A stretch of 64,000 bases of DNA. Source: Alphaproteobacteria bacterium. GTDB lineage: Bacteria > Pseudomonadota > Alphaproteobacteria > Bin95. Of this stretch, positions 19,488 through 29,435 are shown piece by piece (the stretch's first letter is position 1; each line of letters begins with the position of its first letter). The notes below the pieces were generated by a model, which saw only the letters and a program-made list of their open reading frames with translations, was not told where the DNA came from and ran no database searches. The translations under genes were made by a program, and so were the position numbers. Where the stretch lies: contig CAXXWS020000002.1 in the NCBI GenBank assembly GCA_963665325.3, positions 640,001 through 704,000 on the forward strand, in the 5' to 3' direction.

Positions 19488-19802
19488 TTATTCAGCCGCT
19501 GCGGGCGGCGGCAGGCCGTTCCGCCGGGTGATGAATTCTGTCAGGAACTCCAGCTTTCCGTCGACCCGCGCTACACGCTCTCCGAGCTGTGTCACGCGCT
19601 CGCCGAGTTCGTCCACCTTCCGGTCCACCGCTTGGATGTCGGCGCGTAACCTGGTCCCGACTGCCCCGATCTCCTCGCGCAACTCGCCGCGCATGTGCTG
19701 CATGTAGGCGCGCAGCTACAGGAACAGGCCGATGATCAGCCCGCCCGGGGCCACGAACATGCTTCCCGCCGCGGCCAGAAGCGTCATCGTCTCCGGCATC
19801 AT
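19488..19802 (-). pseudogene. small membrane-anchored coiled-coil protein with an in-frame TAG
   Basis: MMPETMTLLAAAGSMFVAPGGLIIGLFL*LRAYMQHMRGELREEI...ERVARVDGKL; TAG at 19716-19718 is in frame with ATG 19802. Confidence 0.6.
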
Positions 19803-19877
19803 CGCCTCTCCGGCAACGCCCGCCCGGCTATGCTAATGCATCCGCGCCGCACTGGAACGGGCGCTTGCGGAAACCCT

Positions 19878-21002
19878 TCACAGCAATTCCCTGTAAACCG
19901 CGAGCGTCCCGGCGTACATGCTTGCCAAGGTGAAGCTGGCGAGTATGCGCGCGCGCGCCCGTCCCGCAAGATCCGGGCCCGTGGCGGCGAGCGCATTGCG
20001 AATGCCGTCGGCGAGCGCGGCGGGGTCGCCCGGCGGGACCAGCCAGCCGGTATCGCCATGCCGGACGATTTCCCGCGCGCCGCCATGGTCGCTGGCAACG
20101 ACGGGACGGCCCATGGCGCCGGCCTCCGCCAGCACGCGGCCGAAGGATTCCGGCTGGACGGAAGCGGAAACGACGACATCGCTCGCCGCATAGGCGGCCG
20201 CCACATCGTCGATATGACCGGCGAAGCGCACGGGAAGGCCGCGCGCCAGGGCCTCCAGCTCCCGCCGGTAGGCGTCCCGGTCCTTGTCCGAGCCCACGAA
20301 CACGGCCACGAGGTTGAGGTCCGTTAGCCGCCGCATGGCCTCGATGAGCACGGCGTGGCCCTTGAGCCGGGTGAGCCGTCCCGGCAGCAGCACGACCCGC
20401 GCCTTTTCGGGGACGGCCCATTCAGCGCGGAGCGCAGCCTTGTCGCGGGGCCGGACGGCATCGGGATCGAACGCCGCCGCGTCGATGCCCCGATGCACGA
20501 CCCGGATGCGCGACGGCGGGCAACGATAGGTGTCCTGAATATGCGCCGCGATGAAGTCCGAAACGGCGATGACCAGATCGCCCCGTACCATGATCCGGTT
20601 CCAGGCGCGCTTGGCGGCGCTGCGGGCGCCGTAAGCGCCGTGGAATGTGGTGACGAACGGAATCCCGGCCCGGCGGGCCGCAGACCGCGCGCTCCAGGCA
20701 GGCGCGCGCGACCGGGCATGGACGAGGTCCACGCCTTCCCGCTCGATCAGTTCCTTCAGGCCGCGGGCATTGCGCCAGAGGCCGACCGGGTTCTTGGTGT
20801 GGACGGGCAGAGCGATGTGGTCCGCGCCGAGGCCGGCTGCCATCCGCCCGCCGGAGGAGGCGACCAGCGCCCGCGCGCCGGCCTCGCGGAGCGCCGCGGC
20901 AATCTCCAGCGTGCCCCGCTCGACGCCTCCCGCCTCCAGCGCAGGCAGCACCTGCAGGATTGTCCTGCCCTTCAATGGGGTCGATACGGACGGTGAAGGC
21001 AT
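19878..21002 (-). CDS. glycosyltransferase family 4
   Basis: LQVLPAL..GGVERGT, HARSRAPAW, GRLTRLKG and ESFGRVLAEA (E-x7-E); start approximate. Confidence 0.92.
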   Translation of the reverse strand: MPSPSVSTPLKGRTILQVLPALEAGGVERGTLEIAAALREAGARALVASSGGRMAAGLGADHIALPVHTKNPVGLWRNARGLKELIEREGVDLVHARSRAPAWSARSAARRAGIPFVTTFHGAYGARSAAKRAWNRIMVRGDLVIAVSDFIAAHIQDTYRCPPSRIRVVHRGIDAAAFDPDAVRPRDKAALRAEWAVPEKARVVLLPGRLTRLKGHAVLIEAMRRLTDLNLVAVFVGSDKDRDAYRRELEALARGLPVRFAGHIDDVAAAYAASDVVVSASVQPESFGRVLAEAGAMGRPVVASDHGGAREIVRHGDTGWLVPPGDPAALADGIRNALAATGPDLAGRARARILASFTLASMYAGTLAVYRELL

Positions 21003-21123
21003 GGCGGTTGCGACCATCGGCAATCTCGGCGGCAATGTGAAGACCGGGGGCGCCGAAGGCTGGCGTCCGGGCTCGAACGATTGCAGGGTGCAACTGGCAT
21101 TCCGCTGGAGGATCGAGGTTGCC

Positions 21124-21900
21124 GTGACGGACAAGGAAATCTCGGAGCCAAAATTTCTAACTCGCCCGGGCGGGCCGCGTCTGGCTTACCGGCGCGCGGC
21201 CGGGCGGGGGCCGGGGGTGGTTTTCCTCGGCGGCTTCATGTCCGACATGACAGGCGAAAAAGCCACTGCCCTGGACGCCTTCTGCCGGCGGCGGGGCCAT
21301 GCCTTTCTGCGCTTCGACTATCGCGGACATGGCGCTTCCGGCGGGCGGTTCGAGGAGTCGGTGCTTTCTGACTGGCTTGCCGACACGCTCGCCGTGCTCG
21401 ACCGGTTGACCGAAGGGCCGCAAGTGCTGGTCGGCTCCAGCATGGGTGGCTGGCTGATGCTGCTCGCCGCGCTGGCGCGTCCCGAGCGGGTTCATGCGCT
21501 CATCGGCATTGCGCCGGCGCCGGATTTCGTGCTGCGCATGGAGGCTGGCCTGACCGCGGACCAGCAGGAAGCGGTCGACGAGCAGGGCTTCTTCCTGCGC
21601 CCGAGCGAATACGGGGACGGGCCCTACACCATAACGAAGGCGCTGATCGAGGACGGGAAGCGCCATTGCCTGCTGGACAGTCCGATCCCCGAAAGCCGTC
21701 CGGTGCGCCTCCTCCACGGCATGTGCGACGACGCGGTTTCCTGGCGGGAATCGCTGCGACTGGCCGAGCGGCTGGAGAGCGAGGACGTGCGGACGATTTT
21801 CGTCAAGGACGGCGACCACCGGCTGAGTCGCCCGGCCGACCTCGCACTTCTCACGACTGTCCTCGAGGGCCTGCTGCGCGGCTCCGGTAGCGGTCAGTAG
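21124..21900 (+). CDS. alpha/beta hydrolase (ABHD10-like)
   Basis: [25 protein letters not shown] and GDHRLS triad; start at GTG 21124. Confidence 0.9.
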   Translation: MTDKEISEPKFLTRPGGPRLAYRRAAGRGPGVVFLGGFMSDMTGEKATALDAFCRRRGHAFLRFDYRGHGASGGRFEESVLSDWLADTLAVLDRLTEGPQVLVGSSMGGWLMLLAALARPERVHALIGIAPAPDFVLRMEAGLTADQQEAVDEQGFFLRPSEYGDGPYTITKALIEDGKRHCLLDSPIPESRPVRLLHGMCDDAVSWRESLRLAERLESEDVRTIFVKDGDHRLSRPADLALLTTVLEGLLRGSGSGQ

Positions 21901-23180
21901 CGGTAATAGTCGGGCTTGAACGGCCCGGCCGGCGGAACGCCGATATAGTCGGCCTGGGTTGAACTCAGCTCGGTCAGTTGAGCGCCGAGCCTCGCCAGGT
22001 GCAGCAGCGCGACTTTCTCGTCGAGATGCTTCGGCAGCACATGCACCTGCCGGTCGTATTGCTCCCCGTTGGTCCAGAGTTCGATCTGGGCCAGCACCTG
22101 GTTGGAGAAGCTCGCCGACATCACGAAGCTCGGATGCCCGGTGGCGCAGCCGAGGTTCACCAGCCGGCCCTCCGCCAGCAGGATCAGCCGCTTGCCGTCG
22201 GGAAACTCGACCTCGTCCACCTGCGGCTTGACATTGTGCCAGACCAGGTTGCGTAGCCCGTCGACCTGAATCTCGTTGTCGAAATGGCCGATATTGCAGA
22301 CGATCGCGCGGTCCTTCATGGCGCGCATGTGATCCACGGTCACGACATCGGTATTGCCGGTCGCGGTCACCACGATATCCACCCGGTTCGCCACATCCTC
22401 GAGCCGGACGACTTCGTAGCCGGCCATGCAGGCCTGGAGCGCGCAGATCGGGTCGATCTCGCTCACCAGCACCCTGGCGCCCTGGCTGCGCAGGCTCTGG
22501 GCGGACCCCTTGCCGACATCGCCATAGCCGCAGACCAGCGCGGTCTTGCCGGCGATCATCACGTCGGTCCCGCGCTTGATCCCGTCCACGAGGCTTTCGC
22601 GGCAACCGTAGAGGTTGTCGAATTTCGATTTCGTCACCGAATCGTTGACATTGAACGCCGGGCAGGCGAGCGCGCCGGCCTTCGCCATGTCGTAAAGGCG
22701 CAGCACGCCGGTGGTGGTCTCCTCGGACACGCCGCGCACATCGGCCATCAGTTCCGGGTAGTCGTCATGCATGAGCCTGGTGAGGTCGCCGCCGTCGTCG
22801 AGCAGCAGGTTCGGCCGCCAGCCGTCCGGCGCTTCAATGCTGCGCCTCACGCATTGCCAGTATTCTTCTTCCGTCTCGCCCTTCCAGGCGAAGACTGGCA
22901 CGCCTGACGCCGCCATCGCCGCCGCAGCCTGGTCCTGCGTAGAGAAAATATTGCAGGACGACCAGCGCACCTCCGCGCCGAGCGCCTGCAGCGTCTCGAT
23001 GAGCACCGCCGTCTGGATGGTCATGTGAAGACAGCCCGCGATGCGCGCCCCCTGCAGCGGCCGGGCCGGGCCGTATTCCTCGCGGATCGCCATCAGCCCC
23101 GGCATTTCGGTTTCGGCGATGGCGATTTCCTTGCGGCCCCAATCGGCAAGCGAGATATCGGCAACCTCATAATCGGGCAT
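21894..23180 (-). CDS. ahcY: adenosylhomocysteinase
   Basis: [40 protein letters not shown] and [13 protein letters not shown]. Confidence 0.98.
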   Translation of the reverse strand: MPDYEVADISLADWGRKEIAIAETEMPGLMAIREEYGPARPLQGARIAGCLHMTIQTAVLIETLQALGAEVRWSSCNIFSTQDQAAAAMAASGVPVFAWKGETEEEYWQCVRRSIEAPDGWRPNLLLDDGGDLTRLMHDDYPELMADVRGVSEETTTGVLRLYDMAKAGALACPAFNVNDSVTKSKFDNLYGCRESLVDGIKRGTDVMIAGKTALVCGYGDVGKGSAQSLRSQGARVLVSEIDPICALQACMAGYEVVRLEDVANRVDIVVTATGNTDVVTVDHMRAMKDRAIVCNIGHFDNEIQVDGLRNLVWHNVKPQVDEVEFPDGKRLILLAEGRLVNLGCATGHPSFVMSASFSNQVLAQIELWTNGEQYDRQVHVLPKHLDEKVALLHLARLGAQLTELSSTQADYIGVPPAGPFKPDYYRY

Positions 23181-23227
23181 CGGAGGATATGTCCTTGTGT
23201 ATCGGAAGCTCCGGCCGGAGCCCGCCG

Positions 23228-23256
23228 CGTATAGCAACCCGTCCCGCCCCCTTCAA
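23228..23256 (-). promoter_or_regulatory. putative sigma70 promoter of ahcY
   Basis: Minus strand TTGAAG-N17-TATACG, about 48 nt upstream of the ahcY ATG. Confidence 0.5.
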
Positions 23257-23266
23257 CCGGAACGCC

Positions 23267-23533
23267 CTACGTCTCGCTGAAGCCGTCCGCCACCAGGGCC
23301 TTGAGTGCGGCCAGCGCGGCAGCCGCCTGGACGCCTTCGCAGACCACCTCGATTTCGCATCCCCTCCCGGCGCCCAGCAGCAACAGGCCCATGATCGAGA
23401 CGCCCGGGACGGTGATATCGTGATGGGTGACGCGCACCTCCGCGTCGAAGCGCCCGGCAAGCGCAACGAATTTCGCCGCGGCGCGCGCATGCAGGCCGCG
23501 TTCGTTGACGATCCGCAAATGTGCCGAGGACAT
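23267..23533 (-). CDS. ptsH: phosphocarrier protein HPr/NPr
   Basis: IVNERGLHARAAAKFV and SIMGLLLL motifs; start at ATG 23533. Confidence 0.93.
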   Translation of the reverse strand: MSSAHLRIVNERGLHARAAAKFVALAGRFDAEVRVTHHDITVPGVSIMGLLLLGAGRGCEIEVVCEGVQAAAALAALKALVADGFSET

Positions 23534-23534
23534 G

Positions 23535-23951
23535 TCAGCCGGGCGCCTCGGCGAGCAGTTTCGAGGCGATCTGGATATATTTCCGCCCGGCCTCCTCGGC
23601 ATCCGCGACGGCCTCGGCGAGCGTCTTGTGCTGGCGGCAGGTGGCGAGCTTGACCAGCATCGGCAGGTTGACGCCTGCAATCACCTCGACCTCGCCCCTA
23701 TTGGCCGCGCCCAGTACCGAAATTGCGAGATTGGAGGGTGTGCCGCCGAACATGTCGGTCAACAGGACGACGCCGTCTCCGGTATTGAGTGCTTTGGCAA
23801 CGCGAGCGATTTCCGCCCGGCGGTTCTCCATGTCATCGTCGGGGCCGATACACACGGCCGAGACCTGCTCCTGGGGCCCGACGACATGCTCAAGCGCGGC
23901 AAGCAGCTCGGCCGCGAGGCGGCCATGCGTAACGAGCGCCAGGCCGATCAT
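23535..23951 (-). CDS. PTS EIIA component, mannose family
   Basis: MIGLALVTHG, LTDMFGGTPSN and GVNLPML motifs. Confidence 0.93.
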   Translation of the reverse strand: MIGLALVTHGRLAAELLAALEHVVGPQEQVSAVCIGPDDDMENRRAEIARVAKALNTGDGVVLLTDMFGGTPSNLAISVLGAANRGEVEVIAGVNLPMLVKLATCRQHKTLAEAVADAEEAGRKYIQIASKLLAEAPG

Positions 23952-24856
23952 GGGCTGTTCTCCGTTTCCAGCGCGACGGACGGTTCGCCCGGCGCCTCCT
24001 CGAGGTCGCGATGGGTGAGCGTGGCCCGCCAGCCTCGTTCGCGCAACAGGCGCGCAAGCTCTTCGGCGGTAAAGACCGAACGGTGGCGGCCGCCTGTGCA
24101 GCCGACCGCTATCGTCAAATAGGCGCGGCCTTCCCGCGCATAGCGGGGCAGGAGCTTCCACAGCAGATCGCCGACGCCTTCGAGAAAAGGCGCGAAGTCC
24201 GGGTCTCCGGCAATGTGCGCGCCAACCGCTTCGTCCCGGCCCGTCAACGGCCGCAGCTCACCGATGTAATGGGGGTTGGACAGAAACCGCATGTCGAATA
24301 CCAGGTCCGCCTCGCGTGGCAGGCCGAGGCGGAACGAGAACGAAGTGACGAATATCGACATTCCTTCCTGCGGATCGGATGTGAAACGCGCCCGCAGCAA
24401 GCGGCGGAGATCGTGGGCGGTCAGCAGCGACGTGTCGATGACGGTATCTGCGGCGCAGCGCAGCGGCTCAAGCAACTGCCGCTCCCGCTCGATGCCGGCG
24501 ATGGGGCTGTCATCCGGCGCCATCGGATGCCGCCGGCGCGTCTCCCGATAGCGTTGCGTCAAATACTCGTCGTCGGCATGGAGGAAGAGCGGCACGATAT
24601 CGAAACGAGGCGCCGCGCCGGTCATCCGTTCCAGCAGTCCTCCGACGGTGAAGTCCCGCGCCCGGGTGTCGATCCCCACGGCCAGAGGTCTGTCCGAACG
24701 GTCGGCATCGAGCCCGTCCAGCATCGCCAGCGGAATATTGTCGATCGCTTCGAACCCGAGGTCCTCGAGTTCCTTCAGGGCAGTGGACCGGCCGGCCCCG
24801 GACATGCCGGTGACCAGGACAAGGCGTCTGCGCATGGATTCGCTACCGACCGTCAT
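23948..24856 (-). CDS. rapZ: RNase adapter protein RapZ
   Basis: VTGMSGAGRS, ETRRRHP, DLVFDMRFL.NP and GCTGGRHRSV motifs. Confidence 0.95.
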   Translation of the reverse strand: MTVGSESMRRRLVLVTGMSGAGRSTALKELEDLGFEAIDNIPLAMLDGLDADRSDRPLAVGIDTRARDFTVGGLLERMTGAAPRFDIVPLFLHADDEYLTQRYRETRRRHPMAPDDSPIAGIERERQLLEPLRCAADTVIDTSLLTAHDLRRLLRARFTSDPQEGMSIFVTSFSFRLGLPREADLVFDMRFLSNPHYIGELRPLTGRDEAVGAHIAGDPDFAPFLEGVGDLLWKLLPRYAREGRAYLTIAVGCTGGRHRSVFTAEELARLLRERGWRATLTHRDLEEAPGEPSVALETENSP

Positions 24857-25292
24857 CGTTGTCCGAGACTCGCGCCGCGCCTTTATCCTCCGATGCCATG
24901 AGCGCGGCAAGACGGAGTTTGATCGCTGCGGAAATCTCGAACGGCGCCAACCGAATACGCCTCACCGGCACGCCCAGGAGGGACTCGAATTCCCGCTCGG
25001 GCAACCGCTCCGGCGCGGCAAGGTCGGCGATCAGCACCAGCGGTGCGCCATCCAGCGCAGGCAGCCGGACGATCCCGATTCCGCGCACTTCCAGCCTGCT
25101 GTCGGCCCGGGGCAGAGGGCTTGCCCAGACGCGGCCGCCGCGAAGCTCGAGCGCAACGAGATCGTCGGCGACCAGCCGCCCGCCCGCCTCGATCGCCCTG
25201 AGCGCGAGGTCGGACTTGCCGGCGTCCGACGGCCCGCGCAGCAATACGCCCATGCCTTCGAACGCGATGCAGCTTGCGTGGACCCGCATCAA
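24843..25292 (-). CDS. hprK: short HPr kinase/phosphorylase (alphaproteobacterial type)
   Basis: HASC, G.LLRGPSDAGKSDL, LVADD and LEVRGIG motifs; conserved position after chvG. Confidence 0.88.
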   Translation of the reverse strand: MMRVHASCIAFEGMGVLLRGPSDAGKSDLALRAIEAGGRLVADDLVALELRGGRVWASPLPRADSRLEVRGIGIVRLPALDGAPLVLIADLAAPERLPEREFESLLGVPVRRIRLAPFEISAAIKLRLAALMASEDKGAARVSDNDDGR

Positions 25293-26917
25293 TCCTCCCC
25301 AGCCGGCAGGCGCAGTTCGAACCGGGCGCCCTGAACGGCGCCGCTGTCGCCGGGCCGATTAGACGCACCGATGCTTCCGCCGTGGAGCCTGACGATATCG
25401 CGCGCAATCGAGAGGCCGAGGCCCGAATGCCTTTCGGAAGGGCTGCCAGCTTCGGGACGGTCGGAATAGAAGCGCTCGAAGATGGTCTCCTCCTTGCCGG
25501 CCTGGAGGCCCGGGCCGTCATCGTCCACCCGAAGAACCACCTCCTCCCCTTGCCGCGTGAGCGAAAGCCTCACGCCCCCCGCTGCGGGAGAGAACGACCT
25601 GGCATTGTCGATCAGGTTGCGGACGATCCGCACGAGCTGTTCGTCGAGGCCGCGGACGATGAGTGGCTCCCTCGATTCGACTGCCAATACCGGCCGAGGC
25701 GGCGCTTCGGCTTCGACACAGGCTTCGACCGTCTCCCGCATATCGACCGGGCGGGTTTCCGCGCGCGAAAATTGGGCGCCGAGACTGGAAAAATCCGCCA
25801 CGCTGTCGATCAACCGGTTGAGGCGCCTGACATCGTCCAGGACGATTCGCATCAGCTTGCGCCGCTTCGCCGGGTCGTTCTCGCGCATTGCGGTCTCGGC
25901 CGCGCTGTAGGTAGAGGCCAGCGGCGTTCTGAGCTCGTGGCTCACGTCGGCGGCGAATTTCTCGGTCTCTTCCATCCCTTCCCAGAGTGCATGCGTCATC
26001 CGGCGCAGTGCGGCGGAGAGTTCGCCGATCTCGTCATTGCGCCCGCTTAGCTCCTGGATGTCCACCCGGCCGAAACCGGGACGGATGCGCTCGGCGGTCG
26101 CCGCAAGGTCCCTCAGCGGCGTAGCTATGCCGCGCGCCATGTAGATCGTGAGCAGGACGGTCACGACCAGCGCCACACCGGCGGCCGAGAGGACGTTCAG
26201 GCGGATCTCGCTCACGGCCTCGTCGATGGCGCGGCCGTCTGCGGAAACCATCGCCGCGCCCACCACGCGCTTGAAGTCCCGGATCGGCAAGGCGACGCTC
26301 AGCACCAGCCCCCTCGCGCCGAGCGAGCGGACGACCTGGCCCGTTTCGCCGCGCAATGCTCCTTGGACCTCGCGATAGTCCGACGCCTTCTGTTCCGAGC
26401 GCTCCACATAGGGCTCGATGGTCTCCAGCTCCCGGAAGGCGAGGTCGAACAGCCCCAGCAACCAGCGCAGGGGCGCGCCGAAAATGTTCGAGTCGCCGGC
26501 CGGGGGCAGGGGCTCGCTTTCCACCGCGTCGCCGAAGCCGGAAAACCGCCGGCTGTCCAGCTGGAGCGTCCCGTCGGGGCCGAACAACCGCACCCGCATC
26601 CGCACCCGCAGGCTCGACTCTTCGATGAGCCGCCGCAGCAGGGGTTCGGCCCCCTTCGTATCCAGGGCAGGTTCGCCTTCGGCCAGAAGTTCCGTCGACG
26701 CATGCCCCAGAGCGACTGCGATGGTCCGGCCCTTGGCCTCGGCCAGGCGGAGTTCGGTCTCGATCAGTTCGCGCTTGTAGCCGCCGAGATAGAGCAGGCT
26801 CGCCGCCAGGATGATGAGCGCAAGCAGGTTCACCGCCAGGAGACGGCGCATCAGCGGAGAGCGGTACCATCGCCTCGCCTTGCGTCGGACCGCCACGCCT
26901 CCGCCGTGCCGGGCCAT
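25289..26917 (-). CDS. chvG: sensor histidine kinase ChvG/ExoS
   Basis: Two TM segments, HAMP, FAADVSHELRTPL, NLIDNARSF, DDDGPG and SGLGL; downstream of chvI. Confidence 0.92.
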   Translation of the reverse strand: MARHGGGVAVRRKARRWYRSPLMRRLLAVNLLALIILAASLLYLGGYKRELIETELRLAEAKGRTIAVALGHASTELLAEGEPALDTKGAEPLLRRLIEESSLRVRMRVRLFGPDGTLQLDSRRFSGFGDAVESEPLPPAGDSNIFGAPLRWLLGLFDLAFRELETIEPYVERSEQKASDYREVQGALRGETGQVVRSLGARGLVLSVALPIRDFKRVVGAAMVSADGRAIDEAVSEIRLNVLSAAGVALVVTVLLTIYMARGIATPLRDLAATAERIRPGFGRVDIQELSGRNDEIGELSAALRRMTHALWEGMEETEKFAADVSHELRTPLASTYSAAETAMRENDPAKRRKLMRIVLDDVRRLNRLIDSVADFSSLGAQFSRAETRPVDMRETVEACVEAEAPPRPVLAVESREPLIVRGLDEQLVRIVRNLIDNARSFSPAAGGVRLSLTRQGEEVVLRVDDDGPGLQAGKEETIFERFYSDRPEAGSPSERHSGLGLSIARDIVRLHGGSIGASNRPGDSGAVQGARFELRLPAGED

Positions 26918-26924
26918 CCTGCGG

Positions 26925-27614
26925 CTATGACGGGCGGTAGCAGTATCCGCCGCCGTAGAGCGTCTCGATCGAGGAGAAAGTCGCGTCCACAGCGCGGAAT
27001 TTGCGGCGTATCCGCTTGATATGGCTGTCGATGACCCGGTCGTTGGCCATGGCATCGAGGCCGTAGGCCGCCGTCATCAGCTGGTCCCGGGTCTTCACGT
27101 AGCCGGCCCGGTAGGCGAGCGAATTCAGGATCAGGAGTTCGGTGACCGTGAGCTTCACCGTCTCGCCCTTCCAAGTGCACAGGTGGCGGTCCGGATCGAC
27201 GGTAAGGTCGCCCCTCACCAGCACATTCCGGGCGCCGCCCTCCCGGTCCAGTTCGTTGCGGCGCAGCAGGGCGCGAATACGGGCGATCAGCAGCCGCTGC
27301 GAAAACGGCTTCTTTATGTAGTCGTCCGCCCCCATGTTCAGCCCGAGTTCCTCATCCTGCTCCTCGACCTTCGTGGTGAGGAAAATGACGGGAAGCAAGC
27401 TCTTCGCCCTGAGGCGCTGCAGCAGTTCCATCCCGTCCATGCGTGGCATCTTGATGTCCAGGACGGCCAGATCGACGCTGTTGTTCCGCAACGCCGGCCA
27501 TGCTTGTTCGCCGTCCAAATAGGCGTGAACATCGAAGCCTTCCGCCTCAAGCGCCATCGTCACGGATGTGAGGATATTGCGGTCGTCATCGACGAGGGCG
27601 ATCTTGTGTTTCAT
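26925..27614 (-). CDS. chvI: response regulator ChvI
   Basis: [34 protein letters not shown] and IETLYG; divergent from pckA. Confidence 0.96.
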   Translation of the reverse strand: MKHKIALVDDDRNILTSVTMALEAEGFDVHAYLDGEQAWPALRNNSVDLAVLDIKMPRMDGMELLQRLRAKSLLPVIFLTTKVEEQDEELGLNMGADDYIKKPFSQRLLIARIRALLRRNELDREGGARNVLVRGDLTVDPDRHLCTWKGETVKLTVTELLILNSLAYRAGYVKTRDQLMTAAYGLDAMANDRVIDSHIKRIRRKFRAVDATFSSIETLYGGGYCYRPS

Positions 27615-27818
27615 GGAGTTCCGACCCTCCCGCGAACATATTGCATCCGGAGCGTACGATCTCCAGATTCAATATGGCGGAATTCCGGCGAATAGCACAT
27701 GAATTCCGCGCAAGATTGTCTTCGGCGCGTCATGACGGCGCATTGCACGGAGTATGCCGCTTGCATAGAAGGCGCAGCAGCCGTTCCGACGCCCCGAACC
27801 CGCGACTCGAGGCCTTTA

Positions 27819-29390
27819 TTGTCCTCTGACAAACGCCTGGCCGCAATCGGCATCACCGAACCCGGGGTCCTCCACTGGAATCCCGGCCGCGAGTCCCTGG
27901 TCGAGTCGGCGGTGCGCGCGGGCGAGGGCATGCTGGCGGCCGGCGGCGCGCTGGTCTGCCGGACGGGCAGGTTCACCGGACGGTCTCCCGAGGACAAGTT
28001 CTTCGTTCGCGATACGGTGACGGACAAGGGAATCGAGTGGGGCAAGGTCAACCGGGAGATGGCCCCGGAGAGCTTTGAAACCCTCCGCCGTCGTATTGTC
28101 GCCCATCTGCAGGGACGCGAACTCTATGTGCAGGACTGTGATGCGGGCGCCGACCCGTCGCACAGGCTTGCGGTGCGCGTGGTGACGGAGCAGGCTTGGC
28201 ACAGCCTCTTCGCCCGCAACATCTTCCTTCCGCCGGCCGTCGGGCCCGGTTGCGATCCTGAATGGACCATCCTTCATGCGCCGAGCTTCTCGGCCGACCC
28301 CGAGATCGACGGCTGCCGGTCTTCGACCGTCATCGCCATCGGCTTCTCGCAGAAGCTGGTCCTGATTGCCGGGACTTACTATGCGGGCGAAATCAAGAAA
28401 TCGGTCTTCTCGCTGCTGAACTACCTGCTGCCCGCGAAGGGCATCATGCCGATGCACTGCTCGGCGAATATCGGGCCGGAAGGCTCGGCTGTGTTTTTCG
28501 GCCTGTCCGGCACCGGCAAGACAACGCTTTCGGCGGACCCGAACCGCGAGCTGATTGGCGATGACGAGCATGGCTGGTCGGACACCGGCATCTTCAATTT
28601 CGAGGGCGGCTGCTACGCGAAGGTGATCGACCTCGACAGCGACGCCGAGCCGGAGATCCATGCGGCCAGTCACCGCTTCGGCACCGTGCTGGAGAATGTG
28701 GCCATCGACCCGGACAGCCGGGTTCTCGACCTCGCCAATCGCGATGTGACGGAGAACACCCGGTCTTGCTATCCGCTGGAATTCATCCCGAATGCCAGCC
28801 CGACGGGACTCGGGCCGCCGCCCAGGAACATCGTCATGCTGACGGCGGACGCTTTCGGCGTGTTGCCGCCGATCTCGAAGCTGACGGTGGCGAAGGCGAT
28901 GTATCATTTCCTGTCGGGCTACACCGCAAAGGTCGCCGGCACGGAGCGCGGCCTCGGCAAGGATCCGGAGGCCACCTTTTCGACCTGCTTCGGTGCGCCG
29001 TTCATGGCCCGGCGACCGACCGTCTATGCTGAATTGCTGGGCAAGCGGATCGCCGAGCGAAATGTCGGCTGCTGGCTGGTCAATACCGGCTGGAACGGAC
29101 GGGGCGAGCGGATGTCGATCGCGCATACCCGCGCCATGATCGACGCCGCCCTCAACGGCTCGCTGGACGGGGTGGAGACCGCCCGGCATCCGGTATTCGG
29201 CCTGCATTGGCCGACCGCCTGCCCGGGCGTGCCGCCCGAGGCCCTCGATCCGCGCACGAGCTGGCCGGATAAGGACGCATACGATGCGCGGGCTGCTGCC
29301 CTGGCGCAGGATTTCGAAGACAACTTCGCGCGCTTCCAGCCGTATGTTTCAGACGAGGTCAGGGCCGCCGCCATCCGAGCGCCTGCCTGA
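27819..29390 (+). CDS. pckA: phosphoenolpyruvate carboxykinase (ATP)
   Basis: TGRSPEDK, YAGEIKKS, FFGLSGTGKTTLS and LIGDDEHGW motifs; start approximate (TTG 27819). Confidence 0.97.
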   Translation: MSSDKRLAAIGITEPGVLHWNPGRESLVESAVRAGEGMLAAGGALVCRTGRFTGRSPEDKFFVRDTVTDKGIEWGKVNREMAPESFETLRRRIVAHLQGRELYVQDCDAGADPSHRLAVRVVTEQAWHSLFARNIFLPPAVGPGCDPEWTILHAPSFSADPEIDGCRSSTVIAIGFSQKLVLIAGTYYAGEIKKSVFSLLNYLLPAKGIMPMHCSANIGPEGSAVFFGLSGTGKTTLSADPNRELIGDDEHGWSDTGIFNFEGGCYAKVIDLDSDAEPEIHAASHRFGTVLENVAIDPDSRVLDLANRDVTENTRSCYPLEFIPNASPTGLGPPPRNIVMLTADAFGVLPPISKLTVAKAMYHFLSGYTAKVAGTERGLGKDPEATFSTCFGAPFMARRPTVYAELLGKRIAERNVGCWLVNTGWNGRGERMSIAHTRAMIDAALNGSLDGVETARHPVFGLHWPTACPGVPPEALDPRTSWPDKDAYDARAAALAQDFEDNFARFQPYVSDEVRAAAIRAPA

Positions 29391-29435
29391 TTCCGGCAAG
29401 ACAGGCGCTGGACGATGCGCTAGCGTGACCACGAT

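Noticed and set aside
23181-23266. Possible SAH riboswitch upstream of ahcY
   Set aside because: I could not find the conserved SAH riboswitch segments by eye; the leader is short and holds only a promoter-like sequence and a small hairpin.
21894-29390. pckA / chvI-chvG-hprK-rapZ-EIIA-HPr-ahcY block as a novel system
   Set aside because: This is well-known conserved alphaproteobacterial gene order.
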